From: Escherichia coli
Lineage (GTDB): Bacteria; Pseudomonadota; Gammaproteobacteria; Enterobacterales; Enterobacteriaceae
DNA: 64,000 nucleotides
Reading direction: 5' to 3' (one strand)
Assembly: GCF_013122565.1 (NCBI RefSeq)
Contig: NZ_CP053258.1
Below are positions 27,265 to 43,764 of this stretch, one piece after another. The position numbers and the translations under genes were made by a program. Each line of letters begins with the position of its first letter. The first letter of the stretch is position 1. The notes under the pieces were generated by a model. That model was not told the origin of the DNA, made no database searches, and saw nothing but the letters and a program-made list of their open reading frames with translations.

Positions 27265-27305
27265 GCGGGGTGTGCATAATACGCTTTCCCGCTACAGAGT
27301 CAAGC
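27265..27305 (-). promoter_or_regulatory. rrn P2 promoter
   Basis: Minus strand TTGACT ... TATTATG with downstream GC-rich discriminator (cacaccccgcgccgc). Confidence 0.7.
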
Positions 27306-27379
27306 ATTTTTTTGCTTTTCTCTGTTGAGATTCTCAGGAGAACCCCGCTGACCCGGCGGCGTGTTTGCCGTTGTTCCGT

Positions 27380-27470
27380 GTCAGTGGTGGCGCATTATAG
27401 GGAGTTATTCCGGCCTGACAAGAGGAAATTTAAAATAATTTTCTGACCGCGCATTTTTTATTCTTTATGC
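27380..27470 (-). promoter_or_regulatory. rrn P1 promoter with AT-rich UP element/Fis region
   Basis: Minus strand TTGTCAGGCCGGAATAACTCCCTATAATGCGCCACCACTG, the canonical rrn P1 core, with AT-rich upstream tract. Confidence 0.8.
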
Positions 27471-28016
27471 TTATTTCAGCGTCGGTTTGTCGGTTAAATG
27501 GGCGATTTCTCGGGCGAAATTTGCCACCTGCTCCCAATCGGTATAGACAACTTCTTTGCGCGTATCCGTTTCACCGCCTGACATCTTCATAATTAGCTTG
27601 ATCATAAAACGATCGTACCAGCGATAACGTGGGTAACGCAGCGCCCCGGCAATGACCGCGCAGCGATCGGGACGCCATTGCGAGTTCATCAGAAACTTCC
27701 GCGCGTAGCTGTTGGTCTGTGGAGTACGCTTCTCCGGTTTGCGCGCCACCAGGTTTACGGAATAAAAGGCGCTCGGCATCGAATTCAGTCGCGTCGCATG
27801 TTTTTTGACAAATTCCTGGAACGCAGAGTGGTAGTGACCATAGCGAATAGAAGCACCAATGACCACACGGTCATAATTTTCCCATTGTGGTTCTTCAATG
27901 CGGTGCACATTGGCGACATCCGTCTGGATCCCCAGTTCTTTCAGTTCCGAAGCCAGGTAGGAGGCAATCTCGCGCGTTTGTCCGTCCCTTGTTGAGAAAA
28001 GAATTAATGTTTTCAC
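27471..28016 (-). CDS. hemG: Protoporphyrinogen IX dehydrogenase (menaquinone-dependent), flavodoxin-like
   Basis: 181-aa [25 protein letters not shown], flavodoxin fold with long-chain insert. Confidence 0.93.
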   Translation of the reverse strand: MKTLILFSTRDGQTREIASYLASELKELGIQTDVANVHRIEEPQWENYDRVVIGASIRYGHYHSAFQEFVKKHATRLNSMPSAFYSVNLVARKPEKRTPQTNSYARKFLMNSQWRPDRCAVIAGALRYPRYRWYDRFMIKLIMKMSGGETDTRKEVVYTDWEQVANFAREIAHLTDKPTLK

Positions 28017-28027
28017 GTATTACTCCA

Positions 28028-29479
28028 TCATTCACGCCAGAAAGTCGGGGTAAAGAGCACCAGCAATGTAAAGACCTCGAGACGACCAAACAGCATGTTG
28101 GCAATCAGGATCCATTTAGCCACCGGGTTCATACTGGTAAAGTTATCAGCAACCACGCCAAGCCCTGGCCCCAGGTTATTCAATGTCGCAACAACTGAGG
28201 CAAAGGCAGAAAAGTCATCCACGCCCGTGGCGATAATCGCCAGCATACTGACAATAAACACCAATGCATAGGCGGAGAAAAATCCCCAAACGGCTTCGAG
28301 GATACGTTCCGGCAGTGCGCGATTCCCCAGCTTAATGCTATAGACGGCGTTCGGATGCACCAGTCGTTTCAGCTCACGGTTCCCCTGCTTAAACAGCAGC
28401 AGGATGCGGATCACTTTCAGGCCACCGCCCGTTGACCCGGCACAACCGCCGATAAAAGCTGAACATAAAAGCAGTACCGGCAAAAAGAGCGGCCAGCGGG
28501 CAATGCTGTCAGTCGTAAACCCGGCGGTTGTCGCCATCGACACCACCTGGAAAAACGCCTGGTTAATTGTCATCAGCGCCGAACTGTAGACATTATGAAA
28601 CCACAGTACGAGGGTACAAATAATCACCAGCGTAAACTGTACGCCGATAAACATGCGAAATTCCGGATCGCGCCAATAAACCTTCAGACTACGCCCACTT
28701 AATAGTGAAAAGTGCAGACCGTAGTTACAGCCGGAGATCAGCAGAAAGATAGCAATGATAGTGTTAATTGTCGGGCTGTCGAAATAACCGATACTGGCAT
28801 CATGTGTCGAGAAGCCGCCAATAGCGATAGTCGCAAAGCTATGGCCGATGGCATCAAAGGCATCCATTCCGGCAAACCACAACGCCAGCGCACAGGCGAC
28901 GGTCAGCAAGACATAAATCAACCACAGGGTTTTCGCCGTTTCCGCAATTCGCGGGCGCATTTTGTTATCTTTCAGCGGGCCGGGCATTTCTGCGCGATAG
29001 AGCTGCATCCCACCCACGCCGAGGATAGGCAGTATCGCAACCGCTAACACGATGATCCCCATCCCGCCAAACCATTGCAGCATCTGGCGATAAAAGAGGA
29101 TGGCGTGAGGGAGCGAATCCAGCCCCACCAGCGTAGTGGCCCCGGTGGTGGTCAGGCCAGAGAAAGATTCAAAAAACGCATCGGTAATCGTGAGGTTCGG
29201 GCTTTCCGAGAAGATAAAAGGGAGCGCACCGACGCTACCCAGCACGGTCCAGAACAGCACCACTATCAGAAACCCCTCACGGGATTTAAGTTCGCCTTTC
29301 TCTTTGCGGTTCGGCCACCACAGCATAGAGCCAATGGCGAGGGCGACAAAAAAGGTCTGGGTAAAAGCGCGGCCCGCTCCATCCCGGTAGATGAGTGCTA
29401 CCAGCCCAGGGATAATCATGGTCCCTGAAAATAAGATGACCAGTAGTCCAACGATTCGGGTAATGGCGCGAAAATGCAT
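28028..29479 (-). CDS. trkH: Trk system potassium uptake protein TrkH
   Basis: 483-aa polytopic membrane ORF with repeated GF/GG selectivity-like motifs. Confidence 0.93.
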   Translation of the reverse strand: MHFRAITRIVGLLVILFSGTMIIPGLVALIYRDGAGRAFTQTFFVALAIGSMLWWPNRKEKGELKSREGFLIVVLFWTVLGSVGALPFIFSESPNLTITDAFFESFSGLTTTGATTLVGLDSLPHAILFYRQMLQWFGGMGIIVLAVAILPILGVGGMQLYRAEMPGPLKDNKMRPRIAETAKTLWLIYVLLTVACALALWFAGMDAFDAIGHSFATIAIGGFSTHDASIGYFDSPTINTIIAIFLLISGCNYGLHFSLLSGRSLKVYWRDPEFRMFIGVQFTLVIICTLVLWFHNVYSSALMTINQAFFQVVSMATTAGFTTDSIARWPLFLPVLLLCSAFIGGCAGSTGGGLKVIRILLLFKQGNRELKRLVHPNAVYSIKLGNRALPERILEAVWGFFSAYALVFIVSMLAIIATGVDDFSAFASVVATLNNLGPGLGVVADNFTSMNPVAKWILIANMLFGRLEVFTLLVLFTPTFWRE

Positions 29480-29517
29480 CTCTGCCGCTTCCTTAGTTCT
29501 GCAAAACGAAGTGGGGA

Positions 29518-30132
29518 TTATTCTTCAATCGCTAACAATTGCAATGAACCACGGCTAAAATCCGCCAGCTTTGCGGAAAATTCAGCCACTTTCGCCGCCG
29601 GAAGCGCCACCCGCAGCAGAACGAATGCCTGATAATCACTGTTGATAATTTTGCCGTCACACTGCCCCAGCAACGCTTCAATGCCGGTTAACTGATGATA
29701 TTCACATTGCAAAGTATATTCGGTTAATGGCGTCTTGCGTTGGGTCGTTAGCTGGCGCAGCGCCTGATTCACGCCGCCGCCATACGCTTTCACTAACCCA
29801 CCGGTGCCAAGCAATATGCCGCCGTAGTAGCGCACTACCACAGCGGTAATTTCCCCAACGCCGCTGCCCATTAGCTGGGCGAGCATCGGTTTACCTGCCG
29901 TTCCCGCCGGCTCCCCATCGTCAGAGAAACCCAGCTGTTGTGAATCATCCGGCGCACCCGCCACCCACGCCACGCAATGGTGCCGGGCATCGGGGTGTTC
30001 TGCCCGTACCGATTCAACAAACGCTTTCGCCGCCTCAACGCCATCGGTATGCGCCAACATCGTTATGAAGCGGCTCTTTTTGATCTCTTCAACGACCGTG
30101 ACCGGTGCCGCAGGAATTAACCAGCTTTCCAT
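29518..30132 (-). CDS. yigZ: IMPACT-family protein YigZ
   Basis: ORF with UPF0029/IMPACT N-domain; start set at [10 protein letters not shown]; abuts pepQ. Confidence 0.85.
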   Translation of the reverse strand: MESWLIPAAPVTVVEEIKKSRFITMLAHTDGVEAAKAFVESVRAEHPDARHHCVAWVAGAPDDSQQLGFSDDGEPAGTAGKPMLAQLMGSGVGEITAVVVRYYGGILLGTGGLVKAYGGGVNQALRQLTTQRKTPLTEYTLQCEYHQLTGIEALLGQCDGKIINSDYQAFVLLRVALPAAKVAEFSAKLADFSRGSLQLLAIEE

Positions 30133-31463
30133 CACGCCAGTTTCAGATCCCGGGTCATGTTTTCCACGTTGTTTTCGTGGATCACCACGTTGTCTTCGAT
30201 ACGAATGCCGCCGAACGGTTTCAGTGCTTCAATTTTCTGCCAGTTGAAGTGCTTGCTGAACTGCCCTTCACGCCACGGTGCCAGCAGCGATTCAATGAAG
30301 TAAATACCCGGTTCGATGGTTAACACCATGCCCGGCTGGAGAATACGGGTGCAGCGCAGGTACGGATATTTTGCCGGTGCCGCGAGGTGCGTACCGCTAT
30401 CATCTTGCATAAAGCCAGCTACGTCATGCACCTGCAGGCCCAGCGGATGGCCGATACCGTGCGGCATAAACGGTCCGGTGAGATCGTTTTCGACCATCGC
30501 TTCTTCACTCATATCGGTGATGATTTGATGTTTACGCAGCAATTTGGCGATGCGCTGATGGAACTGGATGTGGTAATCCACATAGCTGACGCCTGCTTTC
30601 ATGGTGGCGATCAGCGCCAGTTGTTCATCATTTACGTCTTTCACCAGCTGTGCGTAGTCGTTGTCACTTTTTGCCGACCAGGTACGAGTCAGGTCAGCCG
30701 CATAGCCGTTATATTCGGCCCCGGCATCCAGCAGGAAGCTGCGCATCTCTTCCGGTGCCTGATGATCCAGTTTGGTATAATGCAGTACCGCAGCGTGTTC
30801 ATTAAGCGCCACAATGTTGCTGTAAGGTACGTCGGTATCACGATGACCGGTCGCGGTCAGATAAGCAATGTTGATATCGAACTCGCTCATGCCAGAACGG
30901 AACGCTTCTTCTGCCGCGCGATGACCGTTGACCGCCATTTTCTGCGCTTCACGCATACAGGCCAGTTCGTACTCGGTTTTGAAGGAGCGATAGTAATGCA
31001 GGTAGTCGATCACCCCTTTCGGGTTGATGTTGCTGGCCTCAATACCCAGTTGCAGCGCACGTTCCGGCACCGGACCGATATAACCGATATTGCCGCGCGC
31101 AGCAGGCAGCAGGCTACCAATGCCATCGGCTTTCGGCAGCGCGATCACTTCCACATCTTCAGTCCAGAAGGAGTTCGGCAGCGGTTCGACGTTGTGCCAG
31201 TAATCAACCGGCAGATAAAACCACAGTTTCGGCTTGTTCACGCCATCCACCAGCAACCAGCAGTTTGGCACCTGAGTTACCGGCACCCATGCTTTGAATT
31301 GCGGGTTCACTTTAAACGGATAGGGATGATCGTCGAGAAAAACGTTGAACAGTTCGCCGGAGTGAATAAGTAACGCATCCAGCTTGAAGCGCGCCAGCGC
31401 ATCGCGAGTCCGTTCCTGTAAGGTAGCTATATGATTTTTATAGAGTGAGGCCAGTGATTCCAT
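30132..31463 (-). CDS. pepQ: Xaa-Pro dipeptidase (prolidase), M24B metallopeptidase
   Basis: 443-aa [29 protein letters not shown] with [13 protein letters not shown] metal-binding motif. Confidence 0.95.
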
Positions 31464-31610
31464 TTTTTACCCTTCTGTTTTTTTGACCTTAAGTCTCCGC
31501 ATCTTAGCACATCGTTCATCCAGAGCGTGATTTCTGCCGAGCGTGATCAGATCGGCATTTCTTTAATCTTTTGTTTGCATATTTTTAACACAAAATACAC
31601 ACTTCGACTC

Positions 31611-31627
31611 ATCTGGTACGACCAGAT
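31611..31627 (+). promoter_or_regulatory. FadR operator in fadB promoter
   Basis: atctggtacgaccagat palindrome about 30 nt upstream of fadB start. Confidence 0.7.
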
Positions 31628-31652
31628 CACCTTGCGGATTCAGGAGACTGAC

Positions 31653-33842
31653 ATGCTTTACAAAGGCGACACCCTGTACCTTGACTGGCTGGAAGATGGC
31701 ATTGCCGAACTGGTATTTGATGCCCCAGGTTCAGTTAATAAACTCGACACTGCGACCGTCGCCAGCCTCGGCGAGGCCATCGGCGTGCTGGAACAGCAAT
31801 CAGATCTAAAAGGGCTGCTGCTGCGTTCGAACAAAGCAGCCTTTATCGTCGGTGCTGATATCACCGAATTTTTGTCCCTGTTCCTCGTTCCTGAAGAACA
31901 GTTAAGCCAGTGGCTGCATTTTGCCAATAGCGTGTTTAATCGCCTGGAAGATCTGCCGGTGCCGACCATTGCTGCCGTCAACGGCTATGCGCTGGGCGGT
32001 GGCTGCGAATGCGTGCTGGCGACCGATTATCGTCTGGCGACGCCGGATCTGCGCATCGGTCTGCCGGAAACCAAACTGGGCATCATGCCGGGCTTTGGCG
32101 GTTCTGTACGTATGCCACGTATGCTGGGCGCTGACAGTGCGCTGGAAATCATTGCCGCCGGTAAAGATGTCGGCGCGGATCAGGCGCTGAAAATCGGTCT
32201 GGTGGATGGTGTAGTCAAAGCAGAAAAACTGGTTGAAGGGGCGATGGCGATTTTACGCCAGGCCATTAACGGCGACCTCGACTGGAAAGCAAAACGTCAG
32301 CCGAAGCTGGAACCGCTAAAACTGAGCAAGATTGAAGCCACCATGAGCTTCACCATCGCTAAAGGGATGGTCGCACAAACGGCGGGGAAACATTATCCGG
32401 CCCCCATCACCGCAGTAAAAACCATTGAAGCTGCGGCCCGTTTTGGTCGTGAAGAAGCATTAAACCTGGAAAACAAAAGTTTTGTCCCGCTGGCGCACAC
32501 CAACGAAGCCCGCGCACTGGTCGGCATCTTCCTTAACGATCAATATGTAAAAGGCAAAGCGAAGAAACTCACCAAAGACGTTGAAACCCCGAAACAGGCC
32601 GCTGTGCTGGGCGCAGGCATTATGGGCGGCGGCATCGCTTACCAGTCTGCATGGAAAGGCGTGCCGGTTGTCATGAAAGATATCAACGACAAGTCGTTAA
32701 CCCTCGGCATGACCGAAGCCGCGAAACTGCTGAACAAGCAGCTTGAACGCGGCAAGATCGATGGTCTGAAACTGGCTGGCGTGATCTCCACGATCCACCC
32801 AACGCTCGATTACGCCGGATTTGACCGCGTGGATGTTGTAGTAGAAGCGGTTGTTGAAAACCCGAAAGTGAAAAAAGCCGTACTGGCAGAAACCGAGCAG
32901 AAAGTACGCCCGGATACCGTGCTGGCGTCTAACACTTCAACCATTCCTATCAGCGAACTGGCCAACGCGCTGGAACGTCCGGAAAACTTCTGCGGGATGC
33001 ACTTCTTTAACCCGGTCCACCGAATGCCGTTGGTGGAAATTATTCGCGGCGAGAAAAGCTCCGACGAAACCATCGCGAAAGTCGTCGCCTGGGCGAGCAA
33101 GATGGGCAAAACGCCGATTGTGGTTAACGACTGCCCCGGCTTCTTCGTCAACCGTGTGCTGTTCCCGTATTTCGCCGGTTTCAGCCAGCTGCTGCGCGAC
33201 GGCGCGGATTTCCGCAAGATCGACAAAGTGATGGAAAAACAGTTTGGCTGGCCGATGGGTCCGGCATATCTGCTGGACGTTGTGGGCATTGACACCGCGC
33301 ATCACGCTCAGGCAGTCATGGCAGCAGGCTTCCCGCAGCGGATGCAGAAAGATTATCGCGATGCCATCGACGCGCTGTTTGATGCCAACCGCTTTGGTCA
33401 GAAGAACGGCCTCGGTTTCTGGCGTTATAAAGAAGACAGCAAAGGTAAGCCGAAGAAAGAAGAAGACGCCGCTGTTGACGACCTGCTGGCAGAAGTGAGC
33501 CAGCCGAAGCGCGATTTCAGCGAAGAAGAGATTATCGCCCGCATGATGATCCCGATGGTCAACGAAGTGGTGCGCTGTCTGGAAGAAGGCATTATCGCCA
33601 CTCCGGCAGAAGCGGATATGGCGCTGGTCTACGGCCTGGGCTTCCCTCCGTTCCACGGCGGCGCGTTCCGCTGGCTGGACACCCTCGGCAGCGCAAAATA
33701 CCTCGATATGGCACAGCAATATCAGCACCTCGGCCCGCTATACGAAGTGCCGGAAGGTCTGCGTAATAAAGCACGTCATAACGAACCGTACTATCCCCCG
33801 GTTGAGCCAGCCCGTCCGGTTGGCGACCTGAAAACGGCTTAA
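31653..33842 (+). CDS. fadB: Fatty acid oxidation complex alpha subunit (enoyl-CoA hydratase / 3-hydroxyacyl-CoA dehydrogenase)
   Basis: Start set at [20 protein letters not shown] (729 aa); crotonase and NAD-binding [10 protein letters not shown] motifs. Confidence 0.95.
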   Translation: MLYKGDTLYLDWLEDGIAELVFDAPGSVNKLDTATVASLGEAIGVLEQQSDLKGLLLRSNKAAFIVGADITEFLSLFLVPEEQLSQWLHFANSVFNRLEDLPVPTIAAVNGYALGGGCECVLATDYRLATPDLRIGLPETKLGIMPGFGGSVRMPRMLGADSALEIIAAGKDVGADQALKIGLVDGVVKAEKLVEGAMAILRQAINGDLDWKAKRQPKLEPLKLSKIEATMSFTIAKGMVAQTAGKHYPAPITAVKTIEAAARFGREEALNLENKSFVPLAHTNEARALVGIFLNDQYVKGKAKKLTKDVETPKQAAVLGAGIMGGGIAYQSAWKGVPVVMKDINDKSLTLGMTEAAKLLNKQLERGKIDGLKLAGVISTIHPTLDYAGFDRVDVVVEAVVENPKVKKAVLAETEQKVRPDTVLASNTSTIPISELANALERPENFCGMHFFNPVHRMPLVEIIRGEKSSDETIAKVVAWASKMGKTPIVVNDCPGFFVNRVLFPYFAGFSQLLRDGADFRKIDKVMEKQFGWPMGPAYLLDVVGIDTAHHAQAVMAAGFPQRMQKDYRDAIDALFDANRFGQKNGLGFWRYKEDSKGKPKKEEDAAVDDLLAEVSQPKRDFSEEEIIARMMIPMVNEVVRCLEEGIIATPAEADMALVYGLGFPPFHGGAFRWLDTLGSAKYLDMAQQYQHLGPLYEVPEGLRNKARHNEPYYPPVEPARPVGDLKTA

Positions 33843-35015
<1,173 letters not shown>

Positions 35016-35017
35016 GC

Positions 35018-35220
<203 letters not shown>

Positions 35221-35266
35221 GTCATAGATCTAAATGCCACTGAATAACAGTTTAGTTGCCGTTCTT

Positions 35267-35292
35267 CCCGCCTGTCAGGGGCGGGTTTTTTA
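35267..35292 (+). terminator. Intrinsic terminator (fadBA operon end)
   Basis: cccgcctgtcaggggcggg hairpin followed by TTTTTT. Confidence 0.65.
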
Positions 35293-35296
35293 TATC

Positions 35297-35998
35297 TCAG
35301 ATAAATGCAAACGCATCGCCAAACAGGCGATCTTCCCGCGCATTACGCTCACTGCAAAACAGGTCACGAGCAATTTTCGCCATCTCAAAACGTCCGGCAA
35401 TATAGATATCATGCTCTGCCAGCGTACCGTGATCCTGCAATACCGCCGTTAACACGGTGCCAGTACGCCCACGCCAGCCCGCTTCCGGTTGTTCAACCAC
35501 CGGCACCACTTGCAGACCAGGGTGCTTTAACGAAAGCGCCTCAAGCTCGCAGAGATCATACAGATGCTGCTCTTCACGCCCGCCCCAGTAAATGGTGATA
35601 TCACGGTTTGGGTTACGCGCCAACGCTGTCAGCAAAATCGAGCGGGCATAAGAGAACCCGGTGCCGCCCGCAATCAAAATCATCGGACGCTCTTCATCAT
35701 CGCGCAGCCACGCTTCTCCGTGGGGAATATCGACCACGATTTGATGATCTTTGAGGATGCGGTCCATGACTGCTTTCGCGTAAAGGTTGATTTCAGAAGC
35801 GCCAATATGCAGCTCGATAAACCCTTTTTCATCCGGCGTCGAGGCCATTGAGAACGGACGTTTGTCGCGCTCATCCATCACTACCATCAAATACTGACCA
35901 GCACGAAAAGAAAAGGCCGCGTCTGGCACGATGCGGACACGATATACGGTATCCGTGATAGCTTCTACCGAGGTCACTTTACAGCTTAAGGTTGTCAT
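35297..35998 (-). CDS. fre: NAD(P)H-flavin reductase
   Basis: Start set at [21 protein letters not shown] (233 aa); FNR-like RPFSMAS flavin motif. Confidence 0.93.
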
Positions 35999-36043
35999 GC
36001 GCTTTCTCTGTCGGATCGATAAATAGGGCAAAACAAACGCGCA

Positions 36044-37537
36044 TCAGGCGCTTTTACCGTTGTTAAAAATAGCCAGTTCATCCCAGATGGCGTCAATATG
36101 CGCGACAACATCTGGATCTTTTTTGATGGGACGCCCCCATTCACGCTGGGTTTCCCCCGGCCATTTATTCGTGGCATCCAGCCCCATTTTTGAACCCAGC
36201 CCGGAGACAGGCGAGGCAAAATCCAGATAATCAATAGGCGTATTTTCTACCAGAACAGTATCCCGCGCCGGGTCCATACGGGTGGTAATCGCCCAAATCA
36301 CATCGTTCCAGTCGCGTGCGTTGACGTCATCATCGCAAACGATCACAAATTTAGTGTACATAAACTGGCGTAAGAACGACCAGACGCCCATCATGACGCG
36401 CTTCGCGTGTCCGGCGTACTGCTTTTTGATTGTCACTACCGCCAGGCGATAAGAACAGCCTTCCGGCGGCAGGTAGAAATCGACAATTTCCGGGAACTGT
36501 TTTTGCAGAATCGGCACGAACACTTCGTTCAACGCCACGCCCAGCACTGCCGGTTCATCTGGTGGACGGCCGGTATAAGTGGAGTGATAAATCGCATCTT
36601 CACGCTGGGTAATATGCGTCACGGTAAATACCGGGAAACTATCGACTTCGTTATAGTAACCGGTGTGGTCGCCATACGGCCCTTCCGGCGCAGTTTCGCC
36701 TTGTTCGATATACCCTTCCAGCACAATCTCCGCACTGGCGGGCACTTCAAGGTCATTGGAAATACACTTCACCACTTCGGTCTTGGTGCCACGTAGCAAT
36801 CCGGCAAACGCATACTCTGAAAGCGTATCCGGAACGGGAGTGACTGCACCGAGAATCGTGGCGGGATCGGCACCCAGCGCCACAGAAACCGGGAAACGTT
36901 CGCCCGGATGCGCCGCACACCACTCCTGATAATCCAGCGCGCCGCCGCGATGCGACAGCCAGCGCATAATCAGTTTGTTTTTACCAATCAGCTGCTGGCG
37001 ATAAATGCCCAGATTCTGCCGCTCTTTATGCGGGCCGCGCGTCACGGTCAGCCCCCAGGTAATCAGCGGCGCGGCATCTTCCGGCCAGCAGGTCATAATG
37101 GGAATGCGATTGAGATCGACGTCATCGCCAGAGACGATTTTTTGTTGGCAAGGCGCACCACGCAGCCGCTTTGTCGGCATGTTCAATACTTGCTTAAACT
37201 GCGGCAGTTTATCAAACAGGTCGCGGAAACCTTTTGGCGGCTCCGGCTCTTTCAGAAACGCCAATAATTTACCAACTTCACGCAGCGCCGAAACATCTTC
37301 CTGCCCCATGCCCATCGCCACGCGCTTTGGCGTACCGAACAGGTTGCACAGCACCGGCATTGAGTAGCCTTTAGGGTTTTCGAACAACAGCGCAGGCCCA
37401 CCGGCACGCAAAGTGCGGTCAGCAATTTCAGTGATTTCCAGATGCGGATCCACCGGGAGCGTGATACGTTTTAGCTCACCCTGCTGTTCAAGCAGCGTCA
37501 GGAAGTCGCGTAAATCGTTATATTTCATGGCGTCCAT
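36044..37537 (-). CDS. ubiD: 3-octaprenyl-4-hydroxybenzoate decarboxylase (prFMN-dependent)
   Basis: 497-aa [28 protein letters not shown]. Confidence 0.95.
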   Translation of the reverse strand: MDAMKYNDLRDFLTLLEQQGELKRITLPVDPHLEITEIADRTLRAGGPALLFENPKGYSMPVLCNLFGTPKRVAMGMGQEDVSALREVGKLLAFLKEPEPPKGFRDLFDKLPQFKQVLNMPTKRLRGAPCQQKIVSGDDVDLNRIPIMTCWPEDAAPLITWGLTVTRGPHKERQNLGIYRQQLIGKNKLIMRWLSHRGGALDYQEWCAAHPGERFPVSVALGADPATILGAVTPVPDTLSEYAFAGLLRGTKTEVVKCISNDLEVPASAEIVLEGYIEQGETAPEGPYGDHTGYYNEVDSFPVFTVTHITQREDAIYHSTYTGRPPDEPAVLGVALNEVFVPILQKQFPEIVDFYLPPEGCSYRLAVVTIKKQYAGHAKRVMMGVWSFLRQFMYTKFVIVCDDDVNARDWNDVIWAITTRMDPARDTVLVENTPIDYLDFASPVSGLGSKMGLDATNKWPGETQREWGRPIKKDPDVVAHIDAIWDELAIFNNGKSA

Positions 37538-37658
37538 TGTAGCCTCTTAATCTACGCCCATTATACGGCGTTCATCTTTGCGATGCTGTAAATTTGTTAA
37601 ATTAGCGTGAACTCTGACGGTATAACGCAAACCGGGGAATATAATTAACTTAGCGTAA

Positions 37659-38971
<1,313 letters not shown>

Positions 38972-39012
38972 CCTGAACTCCATATGACAACCGCCCTGAC
39001 GGGCGGTTGAAT

Positions 39013-39789
39013 TTATTCTTCAGTTTTTTCGCTTTCTGCTTCAGCGTCGTTTTCCTCTTCCCGATTTCGCCCTTTACCAACGTAAAAGCGTGAGAAGAAG
39101 ACACCGATTTCAAACAGGCAGTACATCGGGATCGCTAACAGCGTTTGCGAGAAGACATCTGGCGGCGTCAGCAGCATCCCGACAACGAATGCGCCAACCA
39201 GCACATACGGGCGTTTTTTGCGTAAATCCTCTGGCGAAGTAATCCCCATCCAGCACAACAGCACAATTGCCACCGGCACTTCAAAGGAGACACCAAACGC
39301 CATAAACAACGCCATAACGAAGCTTAAATAGCTGGCGATGTCGGTGGATACCTGTACCCCTTCCGGCGCGGTATTGGCAAGGAAGCCAAATGCCAGCGGA
39401 AAGACCACAAAGTAGGCGAACGCCATGCCGATATAAAAAAGCAGAGAGCTGGAAACCAGCAGCGGCACCACCAGGCGACGTTCATGCTTATACAGCGCTG
39501 GGGCGATAAACGCCCACACCTGATAGAGAATCACCGGCGCTGACAGAATCAGCGACACCATAAAGGTCAGCTTGATCGGCGTAAAGAACGGCGAGGCCAC
39601 GTCGGTGGCGATCATCGTTGAACCTTGCGGCAACTGCTTGATCAATGGCGCGGATACCAGGTGATAGATGTCATTGGCGAAATAGACCAGACACAGGAAT
39701 ATCACGATCACCGCGATAATGCAGTTCAGCAGACGCTTACGCAGCTCAATCAGATGCGTGATAAGCGGTTGAGTATCTTCTACAGACAT
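39013..39789 (-). CDS. tatC: Twin-arginine translocase subunit TatC
   Basis: 258-aa six-[26 protein letters not shown]. Confidence 0.96.
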
Positions 39790-39791
39790 GT

Positions 39792-40307
39792 TTACGGTTT
39801 ATCACTCGACGAAGGGGAAGGTGCAGCGGTTTTCGGTTCAGCGTCCGCAGCAGGTTTTACCACCGGCTCTGGCGTGGTTTCTGGCTTCTGTTCCGGCGAA
39901 CTGGCCTGCGTTTGTGCAGCGGCAGGCGTTACGCCCTCATGCGCAGCTTCATTGTCTTTCACCACCGAGTTATGGATGGTGTGCGCTTCATCGCTCGCCT
40001 TTTCAGGATCGTTTGCAACGTAGGAACGCTTCATCGACTCCGCGGCCTGGCGTAGTTCATCCATCGACGCTTTCAGTTCGGGCGTCAGGTTAGTGAGGCT
40101 CGCCTTTTCAACCTTTTTCAGACTGTCCTGAAACTCCTGGAGTTTTAACTCCTGGGTCAGTTCGTTCTGCACCGTTGTCGCCAGTGAACGCAACGCGCGA
40201 ATCCAGCCCGCTACCGTTTTTACCGCCACAGGCAGTCGTTGCGGCCCCAGAACGACGAGGCCGATGATGAACACCAATAGCAGTTCGCTAAAACCGATAT
40301 CAAACAC
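39792..40307 (-). CDS. tatB: Twin-arginine translocase subunit TatB
   Basis: 171-aa [29 protein letters not shown]. Confidence 0.96.
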
Positions 40308-40310
40308 GGA

Positions 40311-40580
40311 TTACACCTGCTCTTTATCGTGGCGCTTCGCGTCTTCTGTTTTAGCCTGTTCCTGATTCGTATCCGCCTGCTTATCGGCGATAGTTTTCGC
40401 AGTAAAATCAGCATCCTGACTGGTTTTATCCTGCTTTGGTTCATCATCGCTCATTGCTTTTTTAAAGCCTTTGATCGACGCACCAAGATCGGAACCGATG
40501 GAGCCGAGCTTTTTGGTGCCAAAAAGCAGTACAACGATGACGGCAATAATCAATAACTGCCAAATACTGATACCACCCAT
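40311..40580 (-). CDS. tatA: Twin-arginine translocase subunit TatA
   Basis: Start set at [27 protein letters not shown] (89 aa). Confidence 0.95.
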   Translation of the reverse strand: MGGISIWQLLIIAVIVVLLFGTKKLGSIGSDLGASIKGFKKAMSDDEPKQDKTSQDADFTAKTIADKQADTNQEQAKTEDAKRHDKEQV

Positions 40581-40658
40581 ACATGTTCCTCTGTGGTAGA
40601 TGATGATTAAACAAGGCCGCATTATACGTTACACGGCCCGCCTTGAGCGATGAAAAAA

Positions 40659-42901
<2,243 letters not shown>

Positions 42902-42914
42902 TTCCGGTCTCCTG

Positions 42915-43670
42915 TCAGAACTTATAACCACGATGCAGCGCCACAACCCCTGCCGTCAGATTGTAGTAGTCGACACTTTCGAATCCGGCATCCTGCATCA
43001 TGGCTTTCAGGGTATCCTGATCGGGATGCATACGGATGGATTCTGCCAGATAACGGTAGCTGTCGGCGTCGTTCGCGACCAGTGAGCCAATACGCGGCAG
43101 CACATGGAAGGAGTATGCATCATAGGCTTTGCTCAGCGGCTCGATAATTGGCTTCGAGAACTCAAGCACCAGCAGGCGGCCGCCGGGTTTCAGCACGCGA
43201 TACATTGAACGCAGTGCTTTATCTTTGTCGGTGACGTTACGCAGACCAAACGAAATGGTGATGCAATCAAAGGTGTTATCCGGGAACGGCAGCGCCTCAG
43301 CGTTCGCCTGAACATACTCAACGTTGCCAATCACACCGATATTACGCAGCTTCTCGCGGCCCATTTTGAGCATGGATTCATTGATATCAGCAAGGACCAC
43401 TTTGCCAGTTTCTCCGACCAGGCGGGAGAATTTTGCTGTCAGGTCGCCGGTGCCACCAGCCAGATCCAGCACGGTCTGCCCACGGCGTACGCCGCTGCAA
43501 TCAATCGTGAATCGCTTCCACAAACGATGAATACCGAATGACATCAAATCATTCATGACATCGTATTTCGATGCCACGGAATGGAAAACGTGGGCGACCA
43601 TATCCGCTTTTTGTTCCTTCGCGACGGTCTGAAAACCAAAGTGCGTCGTTTCTTGTGACTTATCCACCAT
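42915..43670 (-). CDS. ubiE: Ubiquinone/menaquinone C-methyltransferase
   Basis: 251-aa ORF with SAM-binding [10 protein letters not shown] motif. Confidence 0.96.
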
Positions 43671-43764
43671 CTCAATGCCTGCTCATCAAAAAATTGTTCC
43701 AGAAGTGTAACAGATTGGGCGTCGATGCCCTAGATTTCTACCCGGCTTAACTACCCCCAATGGG

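Noticed and set aside
30387-31373. 328-aa ORF antisense to pepQ
   Set aside because: Shadow ORF inside a well-supported gene; no independent signals.
32937-33728. 263-aa and 161-aa minus-strand ORFs inside fadB
   Set aside because: Antisense to fadB, which is unambiguous; no promoter or RBS evidence.
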